A stretch of 64,000 bases of DNA from Hyphomicrobiales bacterium (lineage in GTDB: Bacteria; Pseudomonadota; Alphaproteobacteria; Rhizobiales; OSC116). The notes under the pieces were generated by a model that was given only the letters and a program-made list of their open reading frames with translations, ran no database searches and was not told where the DNA came from. Made by a program: the position numbers and the translations under genes. Below, piece after piece: positions 20,502 to 31,304 of the stretch. The DNA lies in assembly GCA_051531935.1 (NCBI GenBank), contig JAOPTR010000016.1, positions 354,134-418,133 of the forward strand, given 5' to 3'. The first letter of the stretch is position 1; each line of letters begins with the position of its first letter.

Positions 20502-23135
20502 CTAATAGTTAAGGGATTTTGATGCTATTTCATATACATCAGCCGAAAGGTTATTCACATCTACAATTTTCTCCAAGGCTTGTTTTGCCAATTTCTGGCG
20601 TTTGGGTTCTAGGTTTTTCCAACTACGCAATGGTGTCAACATGCGTGCGGCTATTTGTGCATTCACCTTATCAAGCCGAATAATCGTTTCGGCCAAAAAT
20701 TCATAGCCAGAACCATCTATCGCATTGAATTCAATGGGGTTACCAATGGCAAAAGCGCCAATAAGCGCATAAATATTATTAGGTGTTTCAAATGAGAATT
20801 TTTCATGTTTGGTAAGTTTTTTTACATTTTCCAATGTAGCGCCACCTGTGGCACGGCCTTGCAAACCAAACCATTTATCAATCACCAAATGGTCATTTTC
20901 GAACTTTTTATAAAAGTCATCAATATAGGCCGAAGCATCAAACCCATCAATATTTGTCATAATTCCGAGGCTTCCCATCATATCAACCATATTGTTGGCA
21001 TTTTGATAATGGCTGATCAGAATTTCGCGGTTTTCAGGCGCATCTACCTTGTTTAAATCGCGCAATAAGGCGTTTCTAAATGAACGCACACCTGCACCTT
21101 TTGCATCGGGCTCAAAGCTTTGATCCTGATTAAACTCGACATAAAGATATTGCATCTCACCGTGGTTTCGCTCGGCAATGTGCAGAGCCAAGGCTTCACG
21201 CGCTTTATGTATGGCCGAATGGTCGATGTCATTGCCAATTTTAAGCGCAATTTCTGGAATTGATGGCAGGGTAAGAATTAATGCCTTAAACGCGGCATCT
21301 AAGTTTTCATCTGTTAGGCTTTTTAGAACCGCGTCGGCATATTTACCATCCAAAATCCGAGCTTTCGGCGCGCCTGCAACAAGCGCAAGTATCGCGTCCA
21401 TTGCCACAGTTTGCCCCGCCTGCCAGCGGTTAAATGAATCACTATCATGCGCCATTAAAAATAGCATATCGTCAATATTGGTTTCAACATCAACATTAAC
21501 AGGCACTGAAAAATCTCTCAGGAATGACAAGACTGGCTTTTCAGTTACATTTTCAAAGACAAAACTCTCACGCCCTCTGGTCAGTTCGATCATGCCCTCA
21601 ACGGCTTTGCCATCAATACTTAACGCTACGTCGCTACCTTCTTGTGCCAACAAACCCAACTTAATAGGCATGTGGTAATTCTGCTTATTTTCTTGGCCAG
21701 GTGTTGGTTTGCAAGTTTGGCTTATGGTTATGGCAAAAGTTTTCTCATCTTCATTATAAAGCGTATTATAGCTCAGGCTCGGAGTGCCCGCTTGGCTGTA
21801 CCAAAGTTCAAATTGGCTTAAATCTCGCCCCGTTGCTTGTTCAAAACTATAAAGAAAGTCTTTTACCGTTGCGGCTTGGCCATCATAATTTTCAAAATAA
21901 TAGTCCATAGATTTTCTGAAACCATCATGCCCCACCAAGCTGTATAAAGCCCGTACAACTTCTGCACCTTTGCGATATACTGTGGCGGTGTAAAAATTAT
22001 TGATCTCAATAAACGAATCTGGGCGGCAAGCATGTGCCATGGGGCCTGCATCTTCTATAAATTGCCCCGCACGCAATCCTTTCACATCGTCAATCCGCTT
22101 TACAGAGCGAGACCGCAGATCAGATGTAAATTCAGCATCTCTAAATACCGTCAAACCTTCTTTTAAGCATAATTGAAACCAATCACGGCAGGTGATGCGG
22201 TTGCCAGTCCAGTTATGGAAATATTCATGCCCAATCACCGATTCAATTAATTCGAAATCCATATCAGTGGCTGTTTCGGCAGTGGCTAAAATATATTTAT
22301 CATTAAATACGTTTAAACCCTTATTCTCCATAGCGCCCATATTGAAATGCGGCACTGCCACAATGTTAAAGATATCAAGGTCGTAGATACGACCAAAGCG
22401 TTCTTCATCCCATTTGAAAGAGCGTTTTAACGCACCCATTGCATACTCGGCTTTAGGCACATTGCCACGTTCGACATAAATATTAAGAGCCACATCTTTG
22501 CCGTCTGCGGTTATAAAACTATCACTCAAATAATCTAAATCACCTGCAACCAGTGCAAACAAATAGCTCGGTTTTGGGTGTGGGTCGTGCCAAATAGCAT
22601 AATGCAGGTTATCACTACCTGCTACATTTCCTTCTTCAACCAAATTACCATTGGCCAATAAAATAGGGCATTTGGTTTTATCGCCCTCAACCCGCACTTT
22701 ATATGTAGACAAAACATCAGGCCGATCGAGCGAAAAGGTGATTTTGCGAAACCCCTCGGCCTCACATTGAGTGCAATATGTATTGTGAGTTAAATACAAG
22801 CCAGACAAGCTGGTGTTGGCTCTTGGGTTAGAGACAGCCAATGTAGTCAGTTTAAAGGCTTTATTGGGTGGCGTGAAAATGGTTAGAAAGTCGTTTTTAA
22901 ACTCATATTCATCATCAGCCAAAGTTACGCCGTTAATGGCAATGGATACAAGCTCCAGTTCTTCGCCATTAAGCACCAATGGAGCCGAATTATCTTGATT
23001 AGGTATAATGTCCAACACAGCATGAGTTTGAGTTGCCGTCTCGTGTAATTTGAAATCTAATTCCGTGTGTGTGATGAGGTAATCACTTGGTTTATAGTCT
23101 TTTAAATAAATTGTTTGCGGTGTATCAGTTTTCAT
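20502..23135 (-). CDS. pepN: Aminopeptidase N
   Basis: 877 aa with 'GAMEN' and 'HEYFHNWTGNRITCRDWFQLCLKEG' gluzincin motifs. Full-length PepN architecture. Confidence 0.92.
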   Translation of the reverse strand: MKTDTPQTIYLKDYKPSDYLITHTELDFKLHETATQTHAVLDIIPNQDNSAPLVLNGEELELVSIAINGVTLADDEYEFKNDFLTIFTPPNKAFKLTTLAVSNPRANTSLSGLYLTHNTYCTQCEAEGFRKITFSLDRPDVLSTYKVRVEGDKTKCPILLANGNLVEEGNVAGSDNLHYAIWHDPHPKPSYLFALVAGDLDYLSDSFITADGKDVALNIYVERGNVPKAEYAMGALKRSFKWDEERFGRIYDLDIFNIVAVPHFNMGAMENKGLNVFNDKYILATAETATDMDFELIESVIGHEYFHNWTGNRITCRDWFQLCLKEGLTVFRDAEFTSDLRSRSVKRIDDVKGLRAGQFIEDAGPMAHACRPDSFIEINNFYTATVYRKGAEVVRALYSLVGHDGFRKSMDYYFENYDGQAATVKDFLYSFEQATGRDLSQFELWYSQAGTPSLSYNTLYNEDEKTFAITISQTCKPTPGQENKQNYHMPIKLGLLAQEGSDVALSIDGKAVEGMIELTRGRESFVFENVTEKPVLSFLRDFSVPVNVDVETNIDDMLFLMAHDSDSFNRWQAGQTVAMDAILALVAGAPKARILDGKYADAVLKSLTDENLDAAFKALILTLPSIPEIALKIGNDIDHSAIHKAREALALHIAERNHGEMQYLYVEFNQDQSFEPDAKGAGVRSFRNALLRDLNKVDAPENREILISHYQNANNMVDMMGSLGIMTNIDGFDASAYIDDFYKKFENDHLVIDKWFGLQGRATGGATLENVKKLTKHEKFSFETPNNIYALIGAFAIGNPIEFNAIDGSGYEFLAETIIRLDKVNAQIAARMLTPLRSWKNLEPKRQKLAKQALEKIVDVNNLSADVYEIASKSLNY

Positions 23136-23183
23136 TGTCTAATCCCTGTAAATTTGGTTTGAGCATATAAGGAAAAAATTTAA

Positions 23184-24245
23184 ATGCACCAGAAATTTTC
23201 TCGAATTGAAGATTTAGACACACCTTGTATTATAGTCAATTTGGATATTGTGAATGACAATATCAAGACAGCACACGATTATTTTAACAGCACTCACTTT
23301 AAATCGCGCCCGCATATTAAAACTCACAAATTGCCATATATGGCCAAACTTCAGCTTGCTGCAGGTGCAACTGGCATCACTTGCCAAAAAATATCCGAAG
23401 CCGAAGTGTTTGCAGATGCAGGCATAAAAGATATTTTCATCACTTATAATATAATAGGTGAATTTAAATTAGCGCGTTTGGCAAAACTGGCCGCACGTAC
23501 GAAATTAAAAGTTGTGGCGGATAGTGAATATGTGGTCGATGGCTTAGCTGCTTTAAATATCGGCATTAAAATATTGGTTGAATGCGATACTGGCCAAGGC
23601 CGCAATGGTGTGCAAACGCCCGAAGAAGCACTTAGACTTGCGCTTTATATTGAGGAAAAAGAGGGTGTTGAATTTGGCGGCTTGATGACTTACCCCGCGA
23701 CTGGTAAATGGCAAGATTGCGAAGCATTTTGTAGCGCCGCCAAAGTTTTATGCGTTTTAACCATTGGGCATTGTGAAACTGTTTCCATTGGTGGCACTCC
23801 AGATATGAAGAATGCCCATATTGTTAAATCGGCAACTGAGCATCGGCCAGGCACTTATATATATAACGATAAATCTCTCATCTCTCGAGGTGATTGCAAG
23901 GTGGATGACTGTGCGTTGACGGTGCTAGCTCAAATTGTCAGCCGCCCGACAGATGATAGAGGCATAATGGATGCAGGTTCTAAAGCTTTAACATCCGACC
24001 TGTTCGGCTTGGATGGATTTGGCATGGTAAAAGAATATCCAGAAGCCATCATTAATACATTAAGTGAAGAGCATGGCCATATTGATTTTTCTGCATGCCA
24101 GCAAAAACCAAAGATTGGCGAGAAAATCAACATCATACCCAATCATGTTTGCCCTGTGGTCAATTTATATGATCAGGTGCATATATACCAAAATGGGCAA
24201 GTGGTTGAATTACTACCTCTAAAAGCTAGAGGAAAGCTTGTTTAA
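23184..24245 (+). CDS. D-threonine aldolase / D-serine dehydratase-like PLP enzyme (alanine racemase N-terminal fold)
   Basis: 'TPCIIVNLD', 'RPHIKTHK' (PLP-Lys) and C-terminal 'SEEHGHI...IIPNHVCPVVNL', typical of the DSD1/D-TA family. Confidence 0.72.
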   Translation: MHQKFSRIEDLDTPCIIVNLDIVNDNIKTAHDYFNSTHFKSRPHIKTHKLPYMAKLQLAAGATGITCQKISEAEVFADAGIKDIFITYNIIGEFKLARLAKLAARTKLKVVADSEYVVDGLAALNIGIKILVECDTGQGRNGVQTPEEALRLALYIEEKEGVEFGGLMTYPATGKWQDCEAFCSAAKVLCVLTIGHCETVSIGGTPDMKNAHIVKSATEHRPGTYIYNDKSLISRGDCKVDDCALTVLAQIVSRPTDDRGIMDAGSKALTSDLFGLDGFGMVKEYPEAIINTLSEEHGHIDFSACQQKPKIGEKINIIPNHVCPVVNLYDQVHIYQNGQVVELLPLKARGKLV

Positions 24246-24321
24246 AATTTTAACTTAATAAGCGCAAATTATTTAACATTCCTCAGTTATTATTTATTTA
24301 AATATATCTAAGGGCAAAAAT

Positions 24322-24885
24322 ATGGGCATTCATGTTACCGAATATATTCAATTGGCAATTCTGGCGCTGTTTGCAGTTGGTATGCTTGGGGTTTACAATC
24401 ATAGACAGAATATATTGGGCTCAAATAGCCAACAAAACCTAGGTGGGTGGCTCTATTTTGCAACATTTTGCTTCACTTATGTGTTGGGGTATTTTTATTA
24501 TACAAGCTCCAATTTATATAATGCTATGTTTTTGGCCGCAGAAACTATGAAATATTTCAACCCCAATAACACAGAATATGGTGGCATTGCAGCACAATAT
24601 ATGCGGGTTGAACTACCTATCAATGCCGCAATCGCTTTGAGTATTTCGTATTTAACTTATGCATTCATCAAAAAGCGTAAAAATTTCCGAAATTTATATC
24701 TAAGTTTGCATGCATTGGTGTTGGCCTATCTGATTGCAGCTCAAGTAAGTTGGGTATTCATCCCGCAATTTAACCAATTTAATTCGACAGCGCTTATAGA
24801 AATTACCGCCGTAGCGCTTGGCGCGCTTATTTGGATGCCTTATATGCTTAAATCCAAACGCGTGGCTCGAACCTTTATAAAGTGA
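24322..24885 (+). CDS. Integral membrane protein (DUF2569-like)
   Basis: 187 aa, 4-5 TM helices, 'LGGWLYF' motif reminiscent of DUF2569. Confidence 0.5.
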   Translation: MGIHVTEYIQLAILALFAVGMLGVYNHRQNILGSNSQQNLGGWLYFATFCFTYVLGYFYYTSSNLYNAMFLAAETMKYFNPNNTEYGGIAAQYMRVELPINAAIALSISYLTYAFIKKRKNFRNLYLSLHALVLAYLIAAQVSWVFIPQFNQFNSTALIEITAVALGALIWMPYMLKSKRVARTFIK

Positions 24886-24971
24886 TGTAGGCACTCAATA
24901 ATTAAAGGCGGAAGTCCTAAAACTCCCGCCTCCTAGATTGTAAATTAAATTATTGATTACTCGCAATAATT

Positions 24972-26249
24972 CTACAATGTAGCTAGGTGTTTTTCTAAAT
25001 CAGCGATGATGTCATCAATATGCTCAACACCAATAGATAGACGAATTGTGCCAGATGCCGCACCACAAGCAATGCGTTGCTCTTCGGTTAATTGTGCATG
25101 GGTTGTTGCCGCAGGGTGAATAATCAAACTACGTGTATCGCCAACATTCGCAAGATGGCTAAACAATTCTACGCTCTCCACCAATTTCACACCGGCATCA
25201 TAACCGCCAGTTAGCTTAAAGGTCAGCACACCACCCGCGCCTTTTGGCAGGTATTTTTGCGCCAATTCATAGTTATCGCTACTCTTAAGACCAGAATAAG
25301 AAACACTAGACACTTTATCATGCGCTTCTAAATACTCAGCTACCTTTTGAGCATTCTCGACATGGCGTTCCATGCGCAACGGCAAAGTTTCAATGCCAGT
25401 TTGCAATAAAAATGCATTCATCGGAGAAATAGCTGGGCCTAAATCGCGCAAGCCAAGCACACGACAAGCAATGGCAAAAGCAATGCCGCCCATAGCATCC
25501 CAAAGCACAGCGCCATTATATGACGCCAAAGGCTCACTTAGGCTTGGGTATTTTCCGTTACCCCAATCAAAATTACCACCATCTACAATCACGCCACCCA
25601 TTGAGTTACCGTGGCCGCCTAAATATTTGGTCGCACTATGCACAATAATGTTAGCGCCATGTTCAAACGGACGGCATAAATATGGTGAAGCCAATGTATT
25701 GTCCACAATCAATGGAATGTCAGCCTCTTTGGCAATTGCAGCAATTGCAGCAATGTCAATCACTATACCGCCTGGGTTGGCTAGGCTTTCAATATGGATA
25801 GCTTTTGTTTTAGGCGTCAGAGCCGCCTTCATAGCGGCAGGGTCAGTTGCATCTGCCCAATTTACCTTCCAACCAAATTTTTTAAAACTGTCGCCAAATT
25901 GGTTTATTGAACCGCCATATAATTGCTTAGCGGCCAAGAACTCATCGCCAGATTCTAATAGAGTGTGCATAACAAGTAATTGAGCCGCATGGCCAGAAGC
26001 CACAGCCAATGCTGCTGTGCCGCCCTCTAATGCTGCCACGCGTTCTTCCAACACAGCTTGAGTTGGGTTCATAATGCGGGTATAAATATTGCCAAATTCT
26101 TTGAGTGCAAAAAGATTAGCAGCATGCTCGCTACTGTCAAATTCATATGCTGTGGTTTGATAAATTGGGGTTGCGCGAGCCTTGGTTGTCGGGTCGGCTT
26201 GCGTGCCAGCATGCACGGCTAAAGTTTCAAATTTTTGAGAATCACTCAT
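24972..26249 (-). CDS. metY: O-acetylhomoserine sulfhydrylase/aminocarboxypropyltransferase
   Basis: 'IYQTTAYEFDSSEHAANLF', 'YTRIMNPT' and 'HSATKYLGGHG' (PLP-Lys), typical of MetY/Cys-Met metabolism PLP enzymes. Confidence 0.88.
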   Translation of the reverse strand: MSDSQKFETLAVHAGTQADPTTKARATPIYQTTAYEFDSSEHAANLFALKEFGNIYTRIMNPTQAVLEERVAALEGGTAALAVASGHAAQLLVMHTLLESGDEFLAAKQLYGGSINQFGDSFKKFGWKVNWADATDPAAMKAALTPKTKAIHIESLANPGGIVIDIAAIAAIAKEADIPLIVDNTLASPYLCRPFEHGANIIVHSATKYLGGHGNSMGGVIVDGGNFDWGNGKYPSLSEPLASYNGAVLWDAMGGIAFAIACRVLGLRDLGPAISPMNAFLLQTGIETLPLRMERHVENAQKVAEYLEAHDKVSSVSYSGLKSSDNYELAQKYLPKGAGGVLTFKLTGGYDAGVKLVESVELFSHLANVGDTRSLIIHPAATTHAQLTEEQRIACGAASGTIRLSIGVEHIDDIIADLEKHLATL

Positions 26250-26421
26250 TTATATTTCCTCTATTTCACATTTTTAAAAAGTAAATTATCTAAATAACTA
26301 TTATCCAATGTAGTATAGCTTATCCCTATTCTTTGTAAAATTCAAAATAATTATGGGAAAAGGTGATTTTTTGGCTTGTGTACACTTTCAGGAACGCGTA
26401 TACAGCCCTCACAACTGGTAT

Positions 26422-26498
<77 letters not shown>

Positions 26499-26526
26499 GT
26501 TTTTCCCAACATTTCAATAGATTACG

Positions 26527-27351
26527 TCAATCGTCTGATTTGGTTTTCGGTTCGAAAATTTTATCAGATACTGCATAAAGTGTTGAATAGTGCGAAAGCT
26601 CTTTCAATTCATACGAACTGGATTGCGGAAATATTTCCGCAAGGCCACTCGCCATAGATATTGGCGACCAATTGTCGGCCTGCCCGTGCCAAATGAAAAC
26701 TTCCATAGCTTGCTTTTCAATAGACGCCAAACTCCAATTCACATATTGCTTTACATCTCGCGCAAAGCCAACGCCGCTATTTTTATAAGATTGCTTTAAT
26801 ATTGGGACAATGAAATTTTTAAATTTCTTTTGTGAAACCAAATCTTTATCACCCCCAGCCGCGCTCGAAAACAGCATACCAAATAATATAGAAGGCAGTA
26901 ATTTGGCAAGGAATGATTGAAACAAAACTAGCAGGCTGAATGTTTTGGGATGATTTTTTGCCAATCCAAAAATTGGTTTCCCTGCCATATGTGGCAAAAA
27001 ATCACCAGCATCCAACGGAGCTGCTGCTGAAATCAAATGTAATTCACCAACTTGATCACCTAATTTCTGGCTCACTTCTATAGCAATATATGCACCAATG
27101 GAAAAACCAACTATATCAACCTTCCGCGAGCCCACTTCAGAAATTATTGCGTCTGCTATATGTTTGAAATAGGCATCTCCATTAATGCTTTTATCAATTG
27201 CAAACCGATCGAAGCACAAAATCCTCCGGCCACTTCTTATTGCAGCCTCACTAAAAACCCCCGCTTCTTCTATTGCACCTGGCGCGCCGTGAAAATATAT
27301 AATTGGCTTGTCTGTTTCTTTACCAAAATCAAATTTTAACAAATTTCCCAC
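26527..27351 (-). CDS. Alpha/beta-fold hydrolase
   Basis: 'IIYFHGAPG' oxyanion region and 'GFSIGA' nucleophile elbow (GxSxG). Confidence 0.7.
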   Translation of the reverse strand: MGNLLKFDFGKETDKPIIYFHGAPGAIEEAGVFSEAAIRSGRRILCFDRFAIDKSINGDAYFKHIADAIISEVGSRKVDIVGFSIGAYIAIEVSQKLGDQVGELHLISAAAPLDAGDFLPHMAGKPIFGLAKNHPKTFSLLVLFQSFLAKLLPSILFGMLFSSAAGGDKDLVSQKKFKNFIVPILKQSYKNSGVGFARDVKQYVNWSLASIEKQAMEVFIWHGQADNWSPISMASGLAEIFPQSSSYELKELSHYSTLYAVSDKIFEPKTKSDD

Positions 27352-27943
27352 CTATACCCAAAAATCTTAGTCTAAAGTTTGATTCGCTTGCGGCCAATGA
27401 GCCACAATGCCGCGGAATTGCACGAATTATTATGCAGACAACTTAGTTATTCTTAAAAAATCACATGCAACAAATTATGCAAAAAACTCTCCAAACCCCC
27501 ATCACCCGCCAAATACACTTCCAAAAACCAGAAAACATTCGCTTATATTATGATAAAATCAAATAATTATTGAAATATTTACTGTATTCACACCAAATCA
27601 CGCAAGATTATTCGAAATTCTTGCTAATATACGCAAAAATTTACTTGCCGTTACGTATTTTACTCAATTTAATCCTAAAATAAATTAAACTACACAGAAA
27701 AAACAAAATAAAAACTGTTTAAAATCAATTGGTTAAAATCAATATGTGTCTTTTCAGCACTGATTTATAAAACTCTGATCAAAAAAGCAATAAACTGCTT
27801 TCATATTTCATCAGAATGGGTATAAATGTATTTACAAATGAATGATTGTCTAGCGACGTGTAGAAAAATGCCAAGCTAATCATGTTGGTATCACCAATTA
27901 AGTCAGGAAATTTGTAGAACGCACTTATTGAGGATATTATATC

Positions 27944-28150
27944 ATGGCGACTGGCAAAGTTAAATTTTTTAACGAATCTAAAGGTTTTGGTTTCATTGAA
28001 GCTGACGATGGCACAAAAGATGTATTCGTACATTTTTCTGCTATTCAAGGCGAAGGCTTTCAAACATTGGCTGATGGCCAAAAAGTAAGCTTTGAAATCA
28101 AACAGGGCAAAAAAGGCCCAGAAGCTGATCAAGTTACTAAACTAGATTAG
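27944..28150 (+). CDS. cspA: Cold-shock protein (CspA family)
   Basis: '[15 protein letters not shown]' (RNP1) and 'VFVHFSAI' (RNP2); 68 aa. Confidence 0.93.
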   Translation: MATGKVKFFNESKGFGFIEADDGTKDVFVHFSAIQGEGFQTLADGQKVSFEIKQGKKGPEADQVTKLD

Positions 28151-28175
28151 TCTTTATCAAAGTATTTTGATTTCT

Positions 28176-28212
28176 AAACGCCTTTAACTTATTTGTTAAA
28201 GGCGTTTTTTTT
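28176..28212 (+). terminator. Rho-independent terminator of cspA
   Basis: 13-bp stem AAACGCCTTTAAC / GTTAAAGGCGTTT with a 6-nt loop, followed by a long T-run. Confidence 0.8.
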
Positions 28213-28232
28213 GACTCAAAAATGGATTATCT

Positions 28233-28640
28233 ATGCCTTATCTTGGTAGCTGCTATTGCGGCGGAGTGAAAATTAAAGTCTCTGGCGAAATTAAATCAAT
28301 CATTCATTGTCATTGCTCAAAATGCCGCAAATCCTCAGGCACGGCTTACGCCACCAATGGTGTGGTGAATATTAATGACTTTGAAATCATCACAGGCTCA
28401 GAACTAATTTCCAAATTTGGAAAAGTGGTTGGCAAATATAGGCATTTTTGCAGCCAATGCGCATCGCCTATTTACAGCTCAAATACTGAGGATAAAGAAA
28501 ACGTACGGATACGCCTTGGTTTGCTAGATGGCGACATTACCGAACGCCCAATGTCCCATAATTTTGTGACTTCTAAAGCCAGTTGGGAAGATATGGATGC
28601 AGAATTACCGCGCTACGAAAGATATGAACCCGGCAGATAA
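28233..28640 (+). CDS. GFA/CENP-V-family zinc protein (glutathione-dependent formaldehyde-activating-like)
   Basis: 'GSCYCGGV', 'CHCSKCRK' and 'FCSQCASP' Cys clusters characteristic of the GFA domain. Confidence 0.75.
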   Translation: MPYLGSCYCGGVKIKVSGEIKSIIHCHCSKCRKSSGTAYATNGVVNINDFEIITGSELISKFGKVVGKYRHFCSQCASPIYSSNTEDKENVRIRLGLLDGDITERPMSHNFVTSKASWEDMDAELPRYERYEPGR

Positions 28641-28642
28641 AT

Positions 28643-29323
28643 TCACGGTAGCTTTTTCAACCAATCATATAAATCTTGGCAGCCTGTAAATACATCTAGA
28701 ATATTGCTAATGCTGTTTTCACTTTGCAATTTTTCAATGTCTGTATCAAACCAAACCGCCATGCCTTTACGTTTGAGCCATTCGGCATTTTTATGATCTT
28801 TATCAAAACCCGATGGCACTCGTTTTAGCGGTGGGTCATTAACAGTGAATCCCTTTTTGAATAATTTTTCAACGATTTTCAAAAACTCTACCGATTGTTC
28901 GCTATCTATCATAGCACGTCTAAATTTATCCAGAGTGGCTTTGTCAAATTCCATAGTGCCAACACCAAGCCGAATTTTATCGGCTTCAACAGAAACATAA
29001 AAAATAGGAATATCACCGCTATTTTGTTGCGTACGCCCTTCGGGATAAACTAACATGCGCATATTATTTTTATATGGTGATTTATCTTTGCTAAACCTAA
29101 CGTCACGATAAAAGCGGAATATTTTTCCATCCATTTCTCGATCAGTCATAATTATGAGTGCTAATTTGAGTGCTTTTAATAATGCCTTGGTTGGCGCTTC
29201 AACTTCATTTCGATATATAGTTTTATTGGTTTCAAACCATTCACGATTATTATTTGATTCAATCTCGTGAAGAAACTCAAATGCCGAACGATTATAACCC
29301 GTAAATTTATCTATTTCACTCAC
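28643..29323 (-). CDS. DUF2461 (TIGR02453) family protein
   Basis: 'FLHEIESNNNREWFETNK..Y' N-terminus and 'IFRFYRDVRFSKDKSPYK' motif typical of DUF2461. Confidence 0.7.
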   Translation of the reverse strand: MSEIDKFTGYNRSAFEFLHEIESNNNREWFETNKTIYRNEVEAPTKALLKALKLALIIMTDREMDGKIFRFYRDVRFSKDKSPYKNNMRMLVYPEGRTQQNSGDIPIFYVSVEADKIRLGVGTMEFDKATLDKFRRAMIDSEQSVEFLKIVEKLFKKGFTVNDPPLKRVPSGFDKDHKNAEWLKRKGMAVWFDTDIEKLQSENSISNILDVFTGCQDLYDWLKKLP

Positions 29324-29462
29324 TTTTCGACCCCTTTTGAGCTGTTTTTATCCATAAAACTGCATATTATTGTGCATTTTTAACGTTAAAATAGCATTTT
29401 TTATATAAATATTTGAAAGATTATATATTATATAATTAGATTCTATCTAAAAAGGTTTTCAA

Positions 29463-29771
29463 ATGCTTGTTCATATTTACCAACCCGCGCGTAACCCAAT
29501 GCAATCTGGCGTTGGCAAAACTAAAAATTGGCTTTTGGAATTTGACCAAAGCGAAGCTAAAAATATTGGCGCATTGGCTGGGTATCTAGGTTCTGGCGAT
29601 ACACTTTCTACGCAGTTAAAAATGAGCTTTGAAAGCAAAGAAGATGCAATAGCATTTGCGGTTAAAAAGGGCTTGGCATACAAGATCAGCGAACCAAAGA
29701 AACGCGCAAGAACTCCAAAAGCTTATTCAGACAATTTTGCCTTCGGACGCAAAGTAAATTGGACACATTAA
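29463..29771 (+). CDS. ETC complex I subunit conserved-region protein (NDUFS4-like)
   Basis: 'IYQPARNPMQSG..K...W.LEF' N-terminus typical of alphaproteobacterial NDUFS4 homologues; 102 aa. Confidence 0.8.
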   Translation: MLVHIYQPARNPMQSGVGKTKNWLLEFDQSEAKNIGALAGYLGSGDTLSTQLKMSFESKEDAIAFAVKKGLAYKISEPKKRARTPKAYSDNFAFGRKVNWTH

Positions 29772-29853
29772 ACTGTTTCCACATATAGTTCCATTTTTTT
29801 AAAGATAAGCCGCGACAAGTTGATAATAATTGTCTAATTTGCCCGTAGCATTT

Positions 29854-29930
<77 letters not shown>

Positions 29931-30001
29931 ACTACCAAAACCTTATAAATAGCGGCTTATAGCCCATTTTCTGCCCCTTGAATTTATTGGATATTTAAGT
30001 C

Positions 30002-30024
30002 GGTAGACACTAAAGGTAGACACT
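30002..30024 (+). repeat. Tandem direct repeat GGTAGACACT x2 (candidate integrase arm-type sites)
   Basis: GGTAGACACT at 30002-30011 and 30015-30024, separated by AAA, immediately beside the int stop codon (30026). Confidence 0.5.
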
Positions 30025-30025
30025 T

Positions 30026-31063
30026 TTATTTATGTTTTGTTCTTTTTAAAGCCTCCAAAGTCCTGACCATATGGCGTTTATTTTCCGCTCCTCTACTATA
30101 TACCCGCCCCATTTCCTCCGAAACGTCACCTAATGAGATAGCCACCTCTGAATGACTAAACCCTGCTTCTTTGAGCTTTGCGCCAATAGTGTGCCTTATT
30201 CCATGGAAAGTTAATTCTGGCTCGATTTTACCTTCATTCAGCATCTTAGATTTGAACGTGGCAAATGAGGATTTGAAGCCTGACTCTGTCCATGGCGTGC
30301 CACGAGAGTTACAGCATAAAAACAAAGTGCCATTCTCAGGAGCTGCATCAAGCACCAATCGCAATTCATCATTAATCGGGCATTCCACTTTGAAACCTGT
30401 TTTATTTGTTCTTTTTGTTAAATAGCCATCCTTTATAGCATTTTTATTCAGTGCAAGAATATCCCCTATTCTGAGACCTGTATTGATGGATATTGAAATA
30501 GGTAACCTCAAATGGATTGGAGCAGTTAACATAGCCTCAACTTCACCCTCCGACCAACGTCGGTTGGCGTCTGGCAGACTTTTATCTCGACTGATTCGCT
30601 CAACGCCTTTTACTGGGTTTGTTCTAGCCAAACCATATTGAACACCCCAAGAAAAAACTGCTGAAAGAGCAGAAAGCACATAGTTTGCATAATGAGGGTA
30701 ATGGGTCGATTCTGCCTTATCTCTAAGCTTTCTAACAAATACCGTATCTATGTTGGCAACTAACATTTGGCTAATTGGCTGTAAATAATTATGATATTTT
30801 AAATAATCTGTACGTGTTCTGACTGCGAGTTTCTTAAACTTTGGTGATTTCTTGTATTCCGTTATTAAGTGGCCGAGAGTACCTACACTGCTTGTCGGTA
30901 ATGTCTTCGCTTTCCAATGTTCTTCTGCTTTAGCAAACTCAACATAAAACGCAGCCGTGCCAAATTCAGCCATAATGCGCTTATTGCTTGGCCGAAAATA
31001 GCAGTAATCAAGACCGCCTTTGGTGTATCGTTTTAAATATTTTAGCTTTTGTTTTTTGGACAT
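30026..31063 (-). CDS. int: Tyrosine-recombinase integrase
   Basis: 345 aa with catalytic-domain signatures 'GLRIGDIL' (Arg), 'HGIRHT' (HxxR) and 'GRVYSRG' (Tyr). Adjacent to a tRNA gene. Confidence 0.9.
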   Translation of the reverse strand: MSKKQKLKYLKRYTKGGLDYCYFRPSNKRIMAEFGTAAFYVEFAKAEEHWKAKTLPTSSVGTLGHLITEYKKSPKFKKLAVRTRTDYLKYHNYLQPISQMLVANIDTVFVRKLRDKAESTHYPHYANYVLSALSAVFSWGVQYGLARTNPVKGVERISRDKSLPDANRRWSEGEVEAMLTAPIHLRLPISISINTGLRIGDILALNKNAIKDGYLTKRTNKTGFKVECPINDELRLVLDAAPENGTLFLCCNSRGTPWTESGFKSSFATFKSKMLNEGKIEPELTFHGIRHTIGAKLKEAGFSHSEVAISLGDVSEEMGRVYSRGAENKRHMVRTLEALKRTKHK

Positions 31064-31064
31064 A

Positions 31065-31304
31065 TTACTCTAACTTATCAATCCAGTTTTCGTTGTTATT
31101 TGCAACAGGGTTTCTTGTATCTAACCACTCGTCAATTAATTTTTTGTCGTAAAGAAACTGACTGTCGCCAAATGAGGATGGCATGACAGGGCATTCACGC
31201 TTGAACTTTGTAGTTGTGAAATGGCAATAGAAAGCCGCCTCACCTAATGTGAAGTTACGTCTTGGAATGCCTTTAGCGACATATTTTTCAACGCTTCTGT
31301 TCAT
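31065..31304 (-). CDS. Excisionase-like / HTH_17-type DNA-binding protein
   Basis: 79 aa with 'FTLGEAAFYCHFTTTKFKR...YDKKLIDEWLD', resembling AlpA/Xis-type HTH proteins. Lies directly upstream of int. Confidence 0.55.
   Translation of the reverse strand: MNRSVEKYVAKGIPRRNFTLGEAAFYCHFTTTKFKRECPVMPSSFGDSQFLYDKKLIDEWLDTRNPVANNNENWIDKLE

Noticed and set aside
27779-28132. 117-aa minus-strand ORF upstream of and overlapping cspA.
   Set aside because: It is antisense to the highly conserved cspA coding sequence and extends into AT-rich non-coding DNA. The Phe/Ile/Lys-rich translation is typical of AT-rich noise.
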